From Candidatus Omnitrophota bacterium (GTDB lineage: Bacteria; Omnitrophota; Gorgyraeia; JAHJTE01), in contig JAHJTE010000001.1 in assembly GCA_018830005.1 (NCBI GenBank), positions 773,624-837,623 of the forward strand: 64,000 bases of DNA. The letters run 5' to 3'. The stretch's first letter is position 1. Each line of letters begins with the position of its first letter. Below are positions 42,060 to 52,568 of the stretch, piece by piece. Made by a program: the position numbers and the translations under genes. The notes under the pieces are model-generated. The model made no database searches, was not told the origin of the DNA, and worked only from the letters and a program-made list of their open reading frames with translations.

Positions 42060-42782
42060 ATGCTTAAATTAGCAGTTAGTGGTGCCTGTGGCAGAATGGG
42101 CTCTAGAATTATTGCCTTGGCTAAGAATGATAAGGAGCTTTCTGTTGCTGTTTGCCTTGAACGCAAAGGACATGCGAAACTGGCTAGTCAGATTGAAGGT
42201 ATGTCAATAACTGATGATTACTCTCTTGTATCTGGCGTTGATTGCGTTATTGAATTTACTGAGCCAGAGGCAACTCTTAAAAATTTAGAGACTTGCCTAA
42301 AATATAAACGTCCCATGGTAATAGGCACTACAGGCCTGAAGCAAGAGTCAATAGCAGTTATAAATAAAGCGGCAGGGACTATTCCGATCGTATTATCTGT
42401 CAATATGTCAGTTGGAGTAAACCTTGTATTTAAGGTTGTAAAAGAATTGGCGAATGTCTTATCTGATTATGAGATAAAGATTATTGAAGCGCACCATATT
42501 CATAAAAAAGATGCACCCAGCGGAACAGCAAAAAAAATTGCCCAGATTATTAAAGAGGCTAGAGGTAAAGCGGCTGAGGATATACAATCAATTAGAGAAG
42601 ATGAAATTGTCGGTGATCATGAGATAATTTTCGATGGGCAATTTGATAGAGTTTCTCTAAAACATAGCGCAAAAAGTCGTGATATCTTTGCACAGGGTGC
42701 TTTAATTGCTGCAAAATGGGTAGTTTCAAAAGAGTGTGGTCTTTATACGATGGCCGATTGCCTATCAGCCAATGAAGAATAA
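42060..42782 (+). CDS. dapB: 4-hydroxy-tetrahydrodipicolinate reductase
   Basis: ..AVSGACGRMG.. and ..EAHHIHKKDAPSGTA.. Confidence 0.85.
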   Translation: MLKLAVSGACGRMGSRIIALAKNDKELSVAVCLERKGHAKLASQIEGMSITDDYSLVSGVDCVIEFTEPEATLKNLETCLKYKRPMVIGTTGLKQESIAVINKAAGTIPIVLSVNMSVGVNLVFKVVKELANVLSDYEIKIIEAHHIHKKDAPSGTAKKIAQIIKEARGKAAEDIQSIREDEIVGDHEIIFDGQFDRVSLKHSAKSRDIFAQGALIAAKWVVSKECGLYTMADCLSANEE

Positions 42783-43170
42783 AATTATTACTGTTGTTAA
42801 AGTTGCGCTTGTATTAATAGTATGCCTTGTAATTATTTTACCTTTCTTGAAACGCCAATCTTTAAAACTGACAGAGTCAAATTACATAGAAAAATTTGTA
42901 AAATTAGAAGATTACGATATTCTAAGAAATTATGAGGATTCTTCAGCTCAAATCAATTTGAGCGTTAGTAATCAAGGAGATATGCTTCTGAGCAGTCTGT
43001 TTCTAGATATTATTTATCTTGATGATGCTAGAGAGATTCTAGAAAAGGACAGAATCGATTTATTGACGATGACCAATGATGTTATTGTAGCCGGCGCGAT
43101 AAAGACATTCACAATAGATGTAACATATCCGCAAGAGACTGAATTTATTGAACTAGAAGTAAAATATTAA
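42772..43170 (+). CDS. Hypothetical single-pass membrane protein (~132 aa) inserted between dapB and dapL
   Basis: N-terminal helix ITVVKVALVLIVCLVIILPF followed by a soluble domain; no family recognised. The ATG at 42772 overlaps the dapB end. Confidence 0.4.
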   Translation: MKNKIITVVKVALVLIVCLVIILPFLKRQSLKLTESNYIEKFVKLEDYDILRNYEDSSAQINLSVSNQGDMLLSSLFLDIIYLDDAREILEKDRIDLLTMTNDVIVAGAIKTFTIDVTYPQETEFIELEVKY

Positions 43171-43198
43171 AAATTTTCATCAGCAAAGGTAGAGAAAA

Positions 43199-44356
43199 AT
43201 GGCAGATTTTAATTTGGATCCATCAAAAAGACTAGAGAGTCTTCCGCCCTATCTATTCGTAGAGATTGATAAGGCAAAGAGACTTGCACAAGAAGCAGGC
43301 AGGGATATCATTGATTTAGGCATTGGAGATCCTGATCAGCCTACGCCTGAATTTATCATTGAAGCACTCAAAAAGGCTGCAGAGGATGGCACAAACCATC
43401 ATTATGCCTTGGATGCAGGACTATTTAGCTTAAGAGAGCAGATAGCAAAATGGTATTTAGAGCGGTTTAATGTAAAACTAGACCCTGAAACCGAGGTCTA
43501 TCCATTAATCGGCTCTAAAGAAGGCCTTGCACATTTACCTTTGGGTCTGATAAATCCGGAAGATAAGGTATTGGTTCCTGAACCAGCCTATCCAGCCTAT
43601 CGTTCAGCAGCGATATTTGCCGGAGCCAATGTCATTGCTATGCCTCTTCTTGAGAAAAATGGCTATCTGCCGGATTTAGACAGAATCCCAAAGGCAAAGT
43701 TAGCCTATGTAAATTATCCTAATAATCCTACGGCAGCGGTTGCTGAGGAATCATTTTATAAGAAGCTAACCTTGCTAGCTGCAAGGTGTAATATGGTTGT
43801 AGCCAGCGATCTTGCATATTCTCAAATTTATTATGACGATGTACCACCAATGAGTTTTCTTCAGGTTGAAGGGGCAAAAGAGGTTGGAATTGAATTTCAC
43901 TCTTTAAGCAAGACATATAATATGACGGGCTGGCGGATTGGTTGGGTATGTGGCAATAAAAAGATAATCAGTTATTTAGCACGCGTAAAGAGCAATATTG
44001 ATTCTGGGATATTTCAGGCGATTCAGTTTGCAGCAACAGTGGCACTTAAAGACAGGAGCGATTTTTGCAAAAAGATGAGAGATCTCTATCAAGAGAGAAG
44101 AGATATTTTTGTTGAGGGTTTAAATGAAATTGGCTGGAAGACAAAAAAACCCCTTGCTACTTTTTATGTATGGGCCCATGTTCCGACAAAAGAGATCTCA
44201 GTTGAATTCGCAAAGAGGCTCCTTGAAGATGCTGATATTGTCTCTACGCCCGGGGTTGGCTTTGGAAAATACGGCGAGGGCTATGTAAGGTTTGCTTTGA
44301 CAGTAAGTAAGGAGCGCCTGCAGGAAGCAGTCAGAAGGATAAAAAAGGTCCTTTAG
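43199..44356 (+). CDS. dapL: LL-diaminopimelate aminotransferase (DapL-type class I aminotransferase)
   Basis: ..LPPYLFVEIDKAK.., ..LGIGDPDQPTP.., ..SLSKTYNMTGWRIGW.. and ..NIDSGIFQAIQ.. match the DapL family. No dapD/C/E in the cluster. Confidence 0.7.
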   Translation: MADFNLDPSKRLESLPPYLFVEIDKAKRLAQEAGRDIIDLGIGDPDQPTPEFIIEALKKAAEDGTNHHYALDAGLFSLREQIAKWYLERFNVKLDPETEVYPLIGSKEGLAHLPLGLINPEDKVLVPEPAYPAYRSAAIFAGANVIAMPLLEKNGYLPDLDRIPKAKLAYVNYPNNPTAAVAEESFYKKLTLLAARCNMVVASDLAYSQIYYDDVPPMSFLQVEGAKEVGIEFHSLSKTYNMTGWRIGWVCGNKKIISYLARVKSNIDSGIFQAIQFAATVALKDRSDFCKKMRDLYQERRDIFVEGLNEIGWKTKKPLATFYVWAHVPTKEISVEFAKRLLEDADIVSTPGVGFGKYGEGYVRFALTVSKERLQEAVRRIKKVL

Positions 44357-44365
44357 AAAAGAGGT

Positions 44366-44794
44366 ATGACATTAGTTTATTTAGGCCTGGGAAGCAACAT
44401 CGGCAATAGGCGAGAGAATATCAAGAGGGCCTTAAGTTTGTTAAATAAGGATGGCCTAAAGATAAGAGAGGTATCCAAGCTTATCGAAACAGAGCCAGTT
44501 GGTTTAAGGCAGCAGCGAAAATTCCTAAATGCTGTAGCGTGTTTGTCTACTGAGCTTTCTCCCATTAAACTTTTAAGAAAGGTAAAAAGAATAGAAAAGG
44601 AGATGGGTAGAAAATCCAGTGTTAGATTTGGCCCACGTATTATCGATTTAGACATTCTTATCTACGGAAATCTTAAATTAAAAAGTAAAGAACTAACGAT
44701 TCCTCATCCGCGCATGCATAAGCGTGATTTTGTATTAAAACCCTTGAGTTCCCTTACCAAGTTGTCCCACTTAAGAATTAAGAATAAAAAATGA
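44366..44794 (+). CDS. folK: 6-hydroxymethyl-7,8-dihydropterin pyrophosphokinase (HPPK)
   Basis: VYLGLGSNIGNR.., ..GPRIIDLDILIYG.. and ..HPRMHKRDFVLKPL.. Confidence 0.85.
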   Translation: MTLVYLGLGSNIGNRRENIKRALSLLNKDGLKIREVSKLIETEPVGLRQQRKFLNAVACLSTELSPIKLLRKVKRIEKEMGRKSSVRFGPRIIDLDILIYGNLKLKSKELTIPHPRMHKRDFVLKPLSSLTKLSHLRIKNKK

Positions 44795-45636
44795 AAGTAG
44801 TCAAGTATCCCGATAGGATGCAGGCTATATGCAGACGCCTTAAAGCGCAAGGCAAGAGATTGGGCTTTGTTCCTACAATGGGGTATCTGCACGAAGGCCA
44901 TCTTAGTCTTATGCGCCAGGCAAAGGCAGAAAATGACATTTGTATTATAAGCATTTTTGTTAATCCTTTGCAATTTGGTCCGCGTGAAGATTTTAAGAGA
45001 TATCCGCGGGATTTCAATCGAGATAGAAAACTCGCTAAAGATGTTGGCGTAGATTTTATATTCTTTCCTTCCCAGGCTGATATGTATTCTCACAATTTTT
45101 CAAGTGAAGTTAATGCAGGGAAGATGGGTGAGATTTTATGCGGCATTTCACGCCCGGGTCATTTTAAAGGCGTTACGACCGTAGTCCTTAAATTGCTCAA
45201 TATAACCTTGGCTGATGTGGCATATTTTGGTCAGAAGGATTTTCAGCAAGCGCGGATTATCCAAAATATGGTTAAGGATTTGAACCATCCGGTTAAAATA
45301 AAGATGTTGCCAATTATAAGAGATGAGGACGGCCTGGCCATGAGTTCAAGAAATAGATATCTTTCCACAAGAGGCAGATCAGATGCTAGGGTTCTTTACC
45401 GTTCTCTTATTGAAGCCAGGCGCAAGATAGGAGGTGGTTGTAGATCTTCCAAGGCTATAATATCGACGATAAAAAACTTGATTTCGACGGTAAGATCTGC
45501 TAGAATTGATTATATTGTAATTGTCGACGTAGATGATTCAAGTTGCATGAGCCGGCTGCGTGGTGAGATTGCAATTTTGCTCGCGGTAAAAATTGGCGGC
45601 GTGAGATTAATCGATAACATAATAATTAAAATATGA
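44791..45636 (+). CDS. panC: Pantoate--beta-alanine ligase
   Basis: ..GFVPTMGYLHEGHLSLMR.. (HxGH). Confidence 0.9.
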   Translation: MKVVKYPDRMQAICRRLKAQGKRLGFVPTMGYLHEGHLSLMRQAKAENDICIISIFVNPLQFGPREDFKRYPRDFNRDRKLAKDVGVDFIFFPSQADMYSHNFSSEVNAGKMGEILCGISRPGHFKGVTTVVLKLLNITLADVAYFGQKDFQQARIIQNMVKDLNHPVKIKMLPIIRDEDGLAMSSRNRYLSTRGRSDARVLYRSLIEARRKIGGGCRSSKAIISTIKNLISTVRSARIDYIVIVDVDDSSCMSRLRGEIAILLAVKIGGVRLIDNIIIKI

Positions 45637-46445
45637 AGAAATTAGCGGTTGGCCTCGTCGGATGCGGGGCAATCGGAACATATTTAGCCAAAAGAATCGA
45701 TAGGGAATTAAGCAAGGAGATTGCTCTTACTGCCATCTGCGATATCAATCCACTATCTGCAAATCGTCTAAGAGACAGCCTGCGTCAGAAACCCACTATT
45801 TGTAATATTTCTCACCTTATTAAAAAATCAGATCTTGTTATAGAGGCCGCAAGTGTTAAAAGTTGTCTATTATTGTTAGATGATGTCATATCTTCTGGTA
45901 AAGACATTTTGGTCATGAGCGCAGGCGCCTTATTACTCAAAAAAAATATTGCTAAATTGGCAAAAAGAAAAGGAGCTAGGATTTATATTCCAAGTGGCGC
46001 CATAGCTGGTGTAGATGCTATTAGGGCAGCAGGATTTGGTAAGATAAACAAGATCCAGCTTACAACAAGAAAGCCGGCCAGAACCTTACTCGATGTACCT
46101 TATCTAAAAAAGAAAAGATTAGATATGGCTAAGCTGAAAGGAGAGGTAGAATTGTTTAGCGGAAACGCTTCTTCTGCTATATCGAATTTTCCAAAAAATA
46201 TAAATGTTGCAGCGATAATTTCACTATCTTCGCTTGGCCCCAAAAAAACTAAGGTCAAAATATTAGCAAGTTCAAGGATAAGTAGGAATATTCATGAAAT
46301 AGAAGTGAATGCAGACTGTGGCAGAATTTTTACTAGAGTTGAGAATAGACCATCGCGCGATAATCCTAAGACGAGCTATTTAGCGATGTTATCTGCATTT
46401 GCAACTATTAAGAATATATTAAGTCCCTTAAAGATTGGGGGCTGA
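45633..46445 (+). CDS. nadX: L-aspartate dehydrogenase (NadX family)
   Basis: ..VGLVGCGAIG.. NAD-binding site; ..IPSGAIAGVDA.., ..FPKNINVAA.. and ..RNIHEIEV..NPKTS.. follow the Thermotoga Tm1643-type Asp-DH pattern. Confidence 0.65.
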   Translation: MKKLAVGLVGCGAIGTYLAKRIDRELSKEIALTAICDINPLSANRLRDSLRQKPTICNISHLIKKSDLVIEAASVKSCLLLLDDVISSGKDILVMSAGALLLKKNIAKLAKRKGARIYIPSGAIAGVDAIRAAGFGKINKIQLTTRKPARTLLDVPYLKKKRLDMAKLKGEVELFSGNASSAISNFPKNINVAAIISLSSLGPKKTKVKILASSRISRNIHEIEVNADCGRIFTRVENRPSRDNPKTSYLAMLSAFATIKNILSPLKIGG

Positions 46446-46552
46446 TTTATCCACCTAGGTTTTGGCGTTTTGCTTTTAAGCGGATTAACTCGACCTGACA
46501 ATTTACGCTTTTTTCACTATGTAAATTGTGGTCTTATAAAAGGAGGTGAATT

Positions 46553-46801
46553 ATGGCACAGAAAGTAATGAAGGTAGGGATAAAGAGACAGAAAGGTTAT
46601 CTTTATTATGTAGATAAGAAAGGTGACGTCTCCATGGCCAAGATGGCAAGAGGCAAGAAAAAAGGAGGCTCGCCCAAAAAGGTAGCCAAATGTGGTATCA
46701 CGAGAAAGAAGGGATACCTTTACTTCATCGATAAGAAAGGTGACGTCTCCATGGCCAAGATGGTTCGGGGCGGCAGAAGGAAGAAAAGGAAGAAAAGATA
46801 A
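46553..46801 (+). CDS. Very basic small protein (82 aa) composed of two tandem ~35-aa repeats; strong SD (aaggaggtg)
   Basis: The repeats are GIKRQKGYLYYVDKKGDVSMAKMARGKKKGG and GITRKKGYLYFIDKKGDVSMAKMVRGGRRKK, sharing a 34-nt exact DNA identity, with a C-terminal K/R tail. A candidate promoter ctgaca-17-tatgta lies upstream. Confidence 0.55.
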   Translation: MAQKVMKVGIKRQKGYLYYVDKKGDVSMAKMARGKKKGGSPKKVAKCGITRKKGYLYFIDKKGDVSMAKMVRGGRRKKRKKR

Positions 46802-46820
46802 TAGTTTGTTTGAATCAAAA

Positions 46821-46902
46821 GAAGGCCTCTGTAATGATAGTTTTCCTGTTGAAATTTTTAATATAAATTAAAATTTAAGACAGGTATTACAGAGGTCTTT
46901 TT
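46821..46902 (+). terminator. Long imperfect hairpin with a T-tract downstream of the small basic gene
   Basis: aaggcctctgtaat ... attacagaggtctttttt, with a nested cctgtt/gacagg stem in the loop. Confidence 0.55.
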
Positions 46903-46942
46903 TGATTAGACTCGTTATATAAAAATAACAAGAAATATTACA

Positions 46943-48340
46943 ATGCTTAAATTAAATAAAAAAGCAGGGCCTTTATTACTTTTTTTCATTATAATCTTTG
47001 CCTTTGTTCTTAGGATTTACGGAATTTCTAAGTTACCTGCTCTTACCACTGATGGTTATATGTATATGAAGATTGCGCAAGGGGTATATGAAAATCCTCT
47101 GAATTATTCTTCCCGTAATTTTCATGATAAATTTACAGCTGAAGGTCGAAGGCTGCCAGATTTTATTAATCGTCCGCTTTTTGTTTATCCGCCAGTTTTC
47201 TGTTATCTGATTGCCCTAATGTATTTTCTCTGGGGCGTGGCTACTGAATCAGCCATGCTTGTGCCGTTATTCTTCGGTTTAGGGACAATCATTGTTACCT
47301 TCTTTATTGCAAAGAACCTTTATAACAAAAATATAGCTATTCTTTCGGCTTTGTTTGTGAGCATCGAGCCTATTAATTGGCTTTGTTCTCAAAAGGTTTG
47401 GATTGAGACCGCTTATACTTTTTTTTCCTCTTTGGCAATATTGTTTTTTATTAACACTAAAAGGAGCAGGAAATACTTTGTTTTTGCCGGTATTAGTTTG
47501 GGTATAGCATTGCTCAGTAAGTATCAGGCAATTTTGACCCTCTTTGTTATTATCGGATTCATGCTACTTAGAAAAAGAAAGCTGTTATTACAAAAAGATT
47601 TTTTATTTTTCTTAGCGAGCATAGGTCTTCTTTTCCTACCATGGATAATTTGGAATGCCTTGATTGATAAATTTCAGACTTTAAGAGGTTTTGTGATTGC
47701 CAATATAACTCGGCCGTTTGAGGCATTCAGTTTAGTAGTTATTATCTTTTCCTCTGTTCTGGCTATAGCCTTAATCTTGAGAAAGGCATTATTAAGCCTA
47801 AAAGATAAGGGGCACCAGACTTATAATTTAGGCAGATTAAAAAAATTGATAGTTGTTTTTTCCTGCTCTTTGGCAGTTTTATTTTTAGTTCGATATATTT
47901 TGCCTATCGTCTTCTCATTCACTATCCCTAAATCGGGCTGGTATCAGGGCATATTTAGAGGAGAGCCACCCTATTTTTATTTAAAAAGATTAATCGAATT
48001 TTCACCCCTCTATTTATTTTCCTATATTGCGATAATCTATTATTATTTTAAGAAGGGTGAGGAAGATTTTTTATTAATTCTTTGGGCAGTTGTTATATTG
48101 GCCTTTCACATTCTCTGGGGCAATTATCAGAGTCGTTATATTATATTATCCATACCACCCTTACTAATTTTGGCATCAAAACTTTGTCATGATTTATATA
48201 ATAGGATTACCAAGATTGATGCCGTTAAGGTAAGAATAACTTATGAGATTATATTTATTCTTATTCTACTTTTTTCAGTATTTAAAACTTTCTGGGTAGG
48301 TGGTATTTTGGCCACAACCTCTCAGCCATGTTATTTTTAG
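46943..48340 (+). CDS. Polytopic membrane protein, GT-C fold glycosyltransferase family 39/83-like (ArnT/PMT-like)
   Basis: 465 aa with about 11 hydrophobic helices. The first loop region (..LRIYGISKLPALTTDGYMYMKIAQGV..) resembles the ArnT/PMT N-terminal segment. Confidence 0.45.
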   Translation: MLKLNKKAGPLLLFFIIIFAFVLRIYGISKLPALTTDGYMYMKIAQGVYENPLNYSSRNFHDKFTAEGRRLPDFINRPLFVYPPVFCYLIALMYFLWGVATESAMLVPLFFGLGTIIVTFFIAKNLYNKNIAILSALFVSIEPINWLCSQKVWIETAYTFFSSLAILFFINTKRSRKYFVFAGISLGIALLSKYQAILTLFVIIGFMLLRKRKLLLQKDFLFFLASIGLLFLPWIIWNALIDKFQTLRGFVIANITRPFEAFSLVVIIFSSVLAIALILRKALLSLKDKGHQTYNLGRLKKLIVVFSCSLAVLFLVRYILPIVFSFTIPKSGWYQGIFRGEPPYFYLKRLIEFSPLYLFSYIAIIYYYFKKGEEDFLLILWAVVILAFHILWGNYQSRYIILSIPPLLILASKLCHDLYNRITKIDAVKVRITYEIIFILILLFSVFKTFWVGGILATTSQPCYF

Positions 48341-48383
48341 TTATTTAGGACGTATTCAGGGCTTAGCATACCCGAGGGTCTCG

Positions 48384-49601
48384 ATGAATAGATTATTTTA
48401 TGTGATTATTTGGATTTTAGTTTTATTTTCAATCACAAATATATATTTTACAATTCCAAAAGAAAGTGATTTCTACACCTCTGCAGATGAAGGCCGATAT
48501 TTTAAATATGCAAGTGCAGTTGCGACTGGAGGCTTAGGGGAATTTAGAAAATTAGCAAAGCAATATGTCCAGGATAAGAATGAACATCTTTTTCCATCAC
48601 CTTTAAGGGCAGGCCACATTCTGGCGACCTCTTTATGGTTTAGGTTATTTGGTATCAGCTTTGTCTCTCTTGCAAGATTTTCCTGGTTTTGCTTTATCCT
48701 GTTTTTACTGGTCTCATTTTATTTTTGTAAAAAATATTTCGATAGAGATTTAGCTCATTTCTATGTTTTATTGCTGTCTTCCTCGCCGTTACTTATGGCA
48801 ATGGCAAGAAGGGCCCTATCAGATAGCAACGCGAATTTATTTTGTTGTATAGCTGTTTGGCTTTTTTTTGTATTTTTAAAGCAACAGAACAAGATCAACT
48901 ATTGTTTATTTCTTTTGTTTTTTTGCTTTGCCATTTCTATTAAATTGCCAAGTTTACTCCTTTTGCCATTTTTTATACTTTCCTTTTTACTGTATAAATA
49001 TGTTTACAAAAATAAGATATCCAACCTATGTCTTGTTGGCACAATTTTTATACCAGTTCTATTATTACCTGTTTTCTATCTAGTATTATTTGGCAACTTT
49101 CAGGATTTTTTGTTATTAGTAAAAGCATGGTCAGGTCATTACCTTACTGGTACTGTACCTAGCAGCTACGCAATACTTTTTAATGACGGGCCTTGGTATA
49201 CCCACATAATTCATTATCTCCTGCTTAGTCCGATAACAACGCTCCTGTTTATCGGCTATTTTTGTTATACGCTACTATCAAGAAAATTTGTCTGGAGGAC
49301 TACTTATTTCTTTAATTATTTTTTAGTCTATTTTATAATTGTATCTAATTTAAAGTATGCTAGAGTCGCACGCCATATTCTAAATTTAGAAATGGTCGTA
49401 TACTTATTTTCGGTAGTGATGCTATATGAATTATTCAGACAGAAGACCAAGCTCTATCAGCTCTATTTAGTTTTTGCAAGCTCAGTATTAATATTCTTCC
49501 TGAACTATTTTAATTTCATGGACATATTTTATTATAAGAAAATCTATGATCCTGTCAGTTATTGGCTTTTAATGGCAAAAAATATTATTCCAAAATTTTA
49601 A
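48384..49601 (+). CDS. Second polytopic membrane protein (GT-C-like, paralogous arrangement). The start MNRLFYV lies at 48384; the ORF-track start at 48300 overlaps the upstream gene.
   Basis: About 405 aa with many TM helices and a hydrophilic first loop (..[17 protein letters not shown]..). No specific family assignable. Confidence 0.4.
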   Translation: MNRLFYVIIWILVLFSITNIYFTIPKESDFYTSADEGRYFKYASAVATGGLGEFRKLAKQYVQDKNEHLFPSPLRAGHILATSLWFRLFGISFVSLARFSWFCFILFLLVSFYFCKKYFDRDLAHFYVLLLSSSPLLMAMARRALSDSNANLFCCIAVWLFFVFLKQQNKINYCLFLLFFCFAISIKLPSLLLLPFFILSFLLYKYVYKNKISNLCLVGTIFIPVLLLPVFYLVLFGNFQDFLLLVKAWSGHYLTGTVPSSYAILFNDGPWYTHIIHYLLLSPITTLLFIGYFCYTLLSRKFVWRTTYFFNYFLVYFIIVSNLKYARVARHILNLEMVVYLFSVVMLYELFRQKTKLYQLYLVFASSVLIFFLNYFNFMDIFYYKKIYDPVSYWLLMAKNIIPKF

Positions 49602-49659
49602 ATTTCCCTTTGCTAAAGTTAATCTAATCAAGCCTACGTATAAATATACCCCCGATAGC

Positions 49660-52491
49660 ATGGATAGGCAGCTGTCTAAAGGAATTAAGAGCAATATCGT
49701 GAAAGATTCTATTGTTATTAACGGTGCTAAAGAACACAATCTTAAAAATATAAAGGTTGTGATTCCTCGCAATAGCCTGACGGTAATCACGGGTTTAAGT
49801 GGTTCCGGGAAATCTTCTTTGGCCTTTGATACTATATATGCTGAAGGCCAGCGCCGTTATATCGAAAGTCTTTCTGCATACGCCCGCCAATTCTTGCAGC
49901 AACTTCAAAAGCCGAACATTGAATCCATCGAAGGAATCTCGGCGACAATTGCAATAGAACAGCGCAGCGCATCTAGCAATCCGCGTTCTATTGTAGCGAC
50001 ACAGACTGAAATCTATGATTATCTGCGTCTTTTATTTGCACGTATTGGACGCCCTTTTTGTCATAAATGCGCTCGAGAAATCAAGAGTCAGAGCTCAGAA
50101 GAGATTATAGAGCAGGTTATTACTTCCATGCCTAATTCAATAATTAGTATCTTTGCTCCTGTCATAAGAGGTAAAAAAGGCCATTATCGAAGTCTGCTTG
50201 AACAGATTCGTAAAGACGGATTTAGCAGGGTTAGGATCGACAAGAAAGAACATGCCTTAGGAGAGGACGTCGCCTTAGATAGATACAAGATACACACAAT
50301 AGAGATTTTTATCGACAGATTAAAAGTCCAGGCAAAGTCTAAGGATCGCCTTGCGGATTCGATAGAGATGGCCCTTAAGATCGGAGGCGGAACAGTTATT
50401 ATCCTTAAAGAAAATGCTAGGCATGAGAGCATATTTAGCGAGCAGTATGCATGCGTACACTGCGGTGAAAGCCTGGGTGAGATCCAACCGCGGTTTTTTT
50501 CTTTTAATTCTCCCTATGGCGCTTGTCCTGCGTGTAACGGTTTAGGCACCAAGTTGGAATTTGATCCAGATTTGATTATCCCTGATAAAAGTAAGTCGAT
50601 CGCAGAAGGGGCTGTTGCTCCTTGGAAAAAAGGTGGCAGGAGCTATCTTATGTATTATCGCGCCCTTTTGCGTGAGTTAGCCAGAGAATTAGACTTCAGC
50701 TTAAATGTACCCTTTAGGAAATTGCCACAATCTATACGTAAGGCAATCCTTTATGGGGTTGATATACATATTTGGGGCAAGCCGTTTGAAGGCATTATTC
50801 CTCATCTTACGAGATTATTCAGTCAGACAAAAAGTGATTTTCTCAAAGGTGAAATATCCAGATTTATGAGTGTATTAGCTTGTCCTGAGTGTTTTGGCGC
50901 ACGATTGAAAAAGGAGAGTTTGTCAGTAAAAATCGCAGGTCTTTCTATATGGGATGTATGTCAATTCTCAATTAAGGAAGCTAAGAAATTCTTTGATAAT
51001 TTGAAGTTGTCTAGTAAAGAAGCAGTGATTGGGATGGAGGCCTTGAAAGAGATAAGAAATAAGCTCAATTTTTGCATTAATGTTGGACTTGATTATTTAA
51101 CATTGGAGCGAAAGAGCTCGACGCTTTCCGGTGGAGAGGCTCAGAGGATTCGACTTGCAACACAGATTGGCTCAGGATTAGTTGGTGTTATATATATTCT
51201 TGATGAGCCTAGCATTGGCCTGCACCAGCGCGATAACCGTAAGCTGATTAAGAGCCTCTTGTCATTGAGAGACTTAGGCAATACAGTGATAGTAGTAGAG
51301 CATGATGAGACCACAATAAGAAGCAGCGATTTTATAGTTGATTTAGGCCCGCAAGCAGGAGCTGGCGGTGGTTATTTGATTTATTCCGGAGGCCTTCCTG
51401 GTCTGCTTAAGTCCAAAAAATCTCTAACCGCAAAATTTTTAAATGGGGAACTTAGGATTCAGGCGCCAGGAGAAAGAAGGATCGCTGATTTTAGCAAGGC
51501 CTTAAGAATTGAAGGCGCCTGCGAACACAATCTCAAAAAAATTGATGTTAATATACCTTTAGGAGTGTTTAATTGCGTAAGCGGCTTATCCGGATCAGGC
51601 AAGTCGACATTGATTTATGATATTCTCTATAAGGCATTAGCCTCTCACTTTTATAATTCTAAAGAGAAGGCGGGTAAACACTCCAAGATTTCAGGTTTAG
51701 AATTTATTGATAAGGTAATTATCGTTGATCAGGCTCCTATAGGCAGGACGCCACGTTCCAATCCGGCTACATATACAGGCGTCTTTGCACACATTAGGGA
51801 AGTTTTTTCCAGACTTCCATTATCGCGGGCACGCGGATATAAGCCTGGAAGATTCAGCTTTAACGTAAAAGGAGGCAGGTGTGAGGCCTGTTTGGGTGAT
51901 GGCATTAAAAAAATCGAAATGCATTTTTTGCCTGATGTTTACGTCCACTGTGAAGTATGTAAAGGCACGCGGTTTAATCAACAGACTCTAGAGGTTAGAT
52001 TTAAAGGTAATTCAATAAGTGATTGCCTTAATTTGTGTGTGAGTGAGGCGCGTGAGCTTTTTGCAAATATTCCCAAGATAAAACGTATATTAGATACTCT
52101 TAGTGATGTTGGTTTAGGCTATATTCAGTTAGGGCAGTTCGCAACAACACTTTCAGGAGGCGAGGCCCAGAGGATAAAGCTCTCAGAGCAATTGAGTAAA
52201 CGCTCAAGCGGCAGGACGCTTTATCTTTTGGATGAGCCTACAACAGGACTTCATTTTGCTGATGTTGATAAGTTGCTTGATGTCTTACATAGATTGGTTG
52301 ATGCAGGTAATACTGTTTTAGTTATTGAACATAATCTAGATGTCTTAAAGTCCTGTGATTATATAATTGATCTGGGTCCTGAAGGCGGCGATGCCGGAGG
52401 TGAAGTAGTCGCTTGCGGTTCACCAGAGGAAATTATTGCCAGCCTTAAGAGTTATACCGGTATTTACCTTAAGAAGGCACTGCGGCGCTAA
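49660..52491 (+). CDS. uvrA: Excinuclease ABC subunit A
   Basis: Two ABC modules ([14 protein letters not shown].. and [13 protein letters not shown]..), LSGGEAQRI signature motifs, Zn-finger Cys clusters; 943 aa. Confidence 0.95.
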   Translation: MDRQLSKGIKSNIVKDSIVINGAKEHNLKNIKVVIPRNSLTVITGLSGSGKSSLAFDTIYAEGQRRYIESLSAYARQFLQQLQKPNIESIEGISATIAIEQRSASSNPRSIVATQTEIYDYLRLLFARIGRPFCHKCAREIKSQSSEEIIEQVITSMPNSIISIFAPVIRGKKGHYRSLLEQIRKDGFSRVRIDKKEHALGEDVALDRYKIHTIEIFIDRLKVQAKSKDRLADSIEMALKIGGGTVIILKENARHESIFSEQYACVHCGESLGEIQPRFFSFNSPYGACPACNGLGTKLEFDPDLIIPDKSKSIAEGAVAPWKKGGRSYLMYYRALLRELARELDFSLNVPFRKLPQSIRKAILYGVDIHIWGKPFEGIIPHLTRLFSQTKSDFLKGEISRFMSVLACPECFGARLKKESLSVKIAGLSIWDVCQFSIKEAKKFFDNLKLSSKEAVIGMEALKEIRNKLNFCINVGLDYLTLERKSSTLSGGEAQRIRLATQIGSGLVGVIYILDEPSIGLHQRDNRKLIKSLLSLRDLGNTVIVVEHDETTIRSSDFIVDLGPQAGAGGGYLIYSGGLPGLLKSKKSLTAKFLNGELRIQAPGERRIADFSKALRIEGACEHNLKKIDVNIPLGVFNCVSGLSGSGKSTLIYDILYKALASHFYNSKEKAGKHSKISGLEFIDKVIIVDQAPIGRTPRSNPATYTGVFAHIREVFSRLPLSRARGYKPGRFSFNVKGGRCEACLGDGIKKIEMHFLPDVYVHCEVCKGTRFNQQTLEVRFKGNSISDCLNLCVSEARELFANIPKIKRILDTLSDVGLGYIQLGQFATTLSGGEAQRIKLSEQLSKRSSGRTLYLLDEPTTGLHFADVDKLLDVLHRLVDAGNTVLVIEHNLDVLKSCDYIIDLGPEGGDAGGEVVACGSPEEIIASLKSYTGIYLKKALRR

Positions 52492-52568
52492 ATTACGTAT
52501 TTTTGACCTCTTAAAAGTGTTCAAAAAAAGGTATTGAGCAAGCTTTGAAATTCTGTTATAGTTAGTAC

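Noticed and set aside
20188-48383. Longer 5' extensions offered by the ORF track for fabH (20188), leuB (26628), argF (35471), argH (37483), the dapB-adjacent ORF (42736), the membrane protein (48300), the HTH (57978) and pilP (60280)
   Set aside because: The extensions overlap the upstream gene and lack an RBS. Internal ATGs have SD-like sequences and reproduce the conserved family N-termini (MTRVGIIG.., [11 protein letters not shown].., MKKDF.., MAKKLWGSRF..), so the shorter starts are used.
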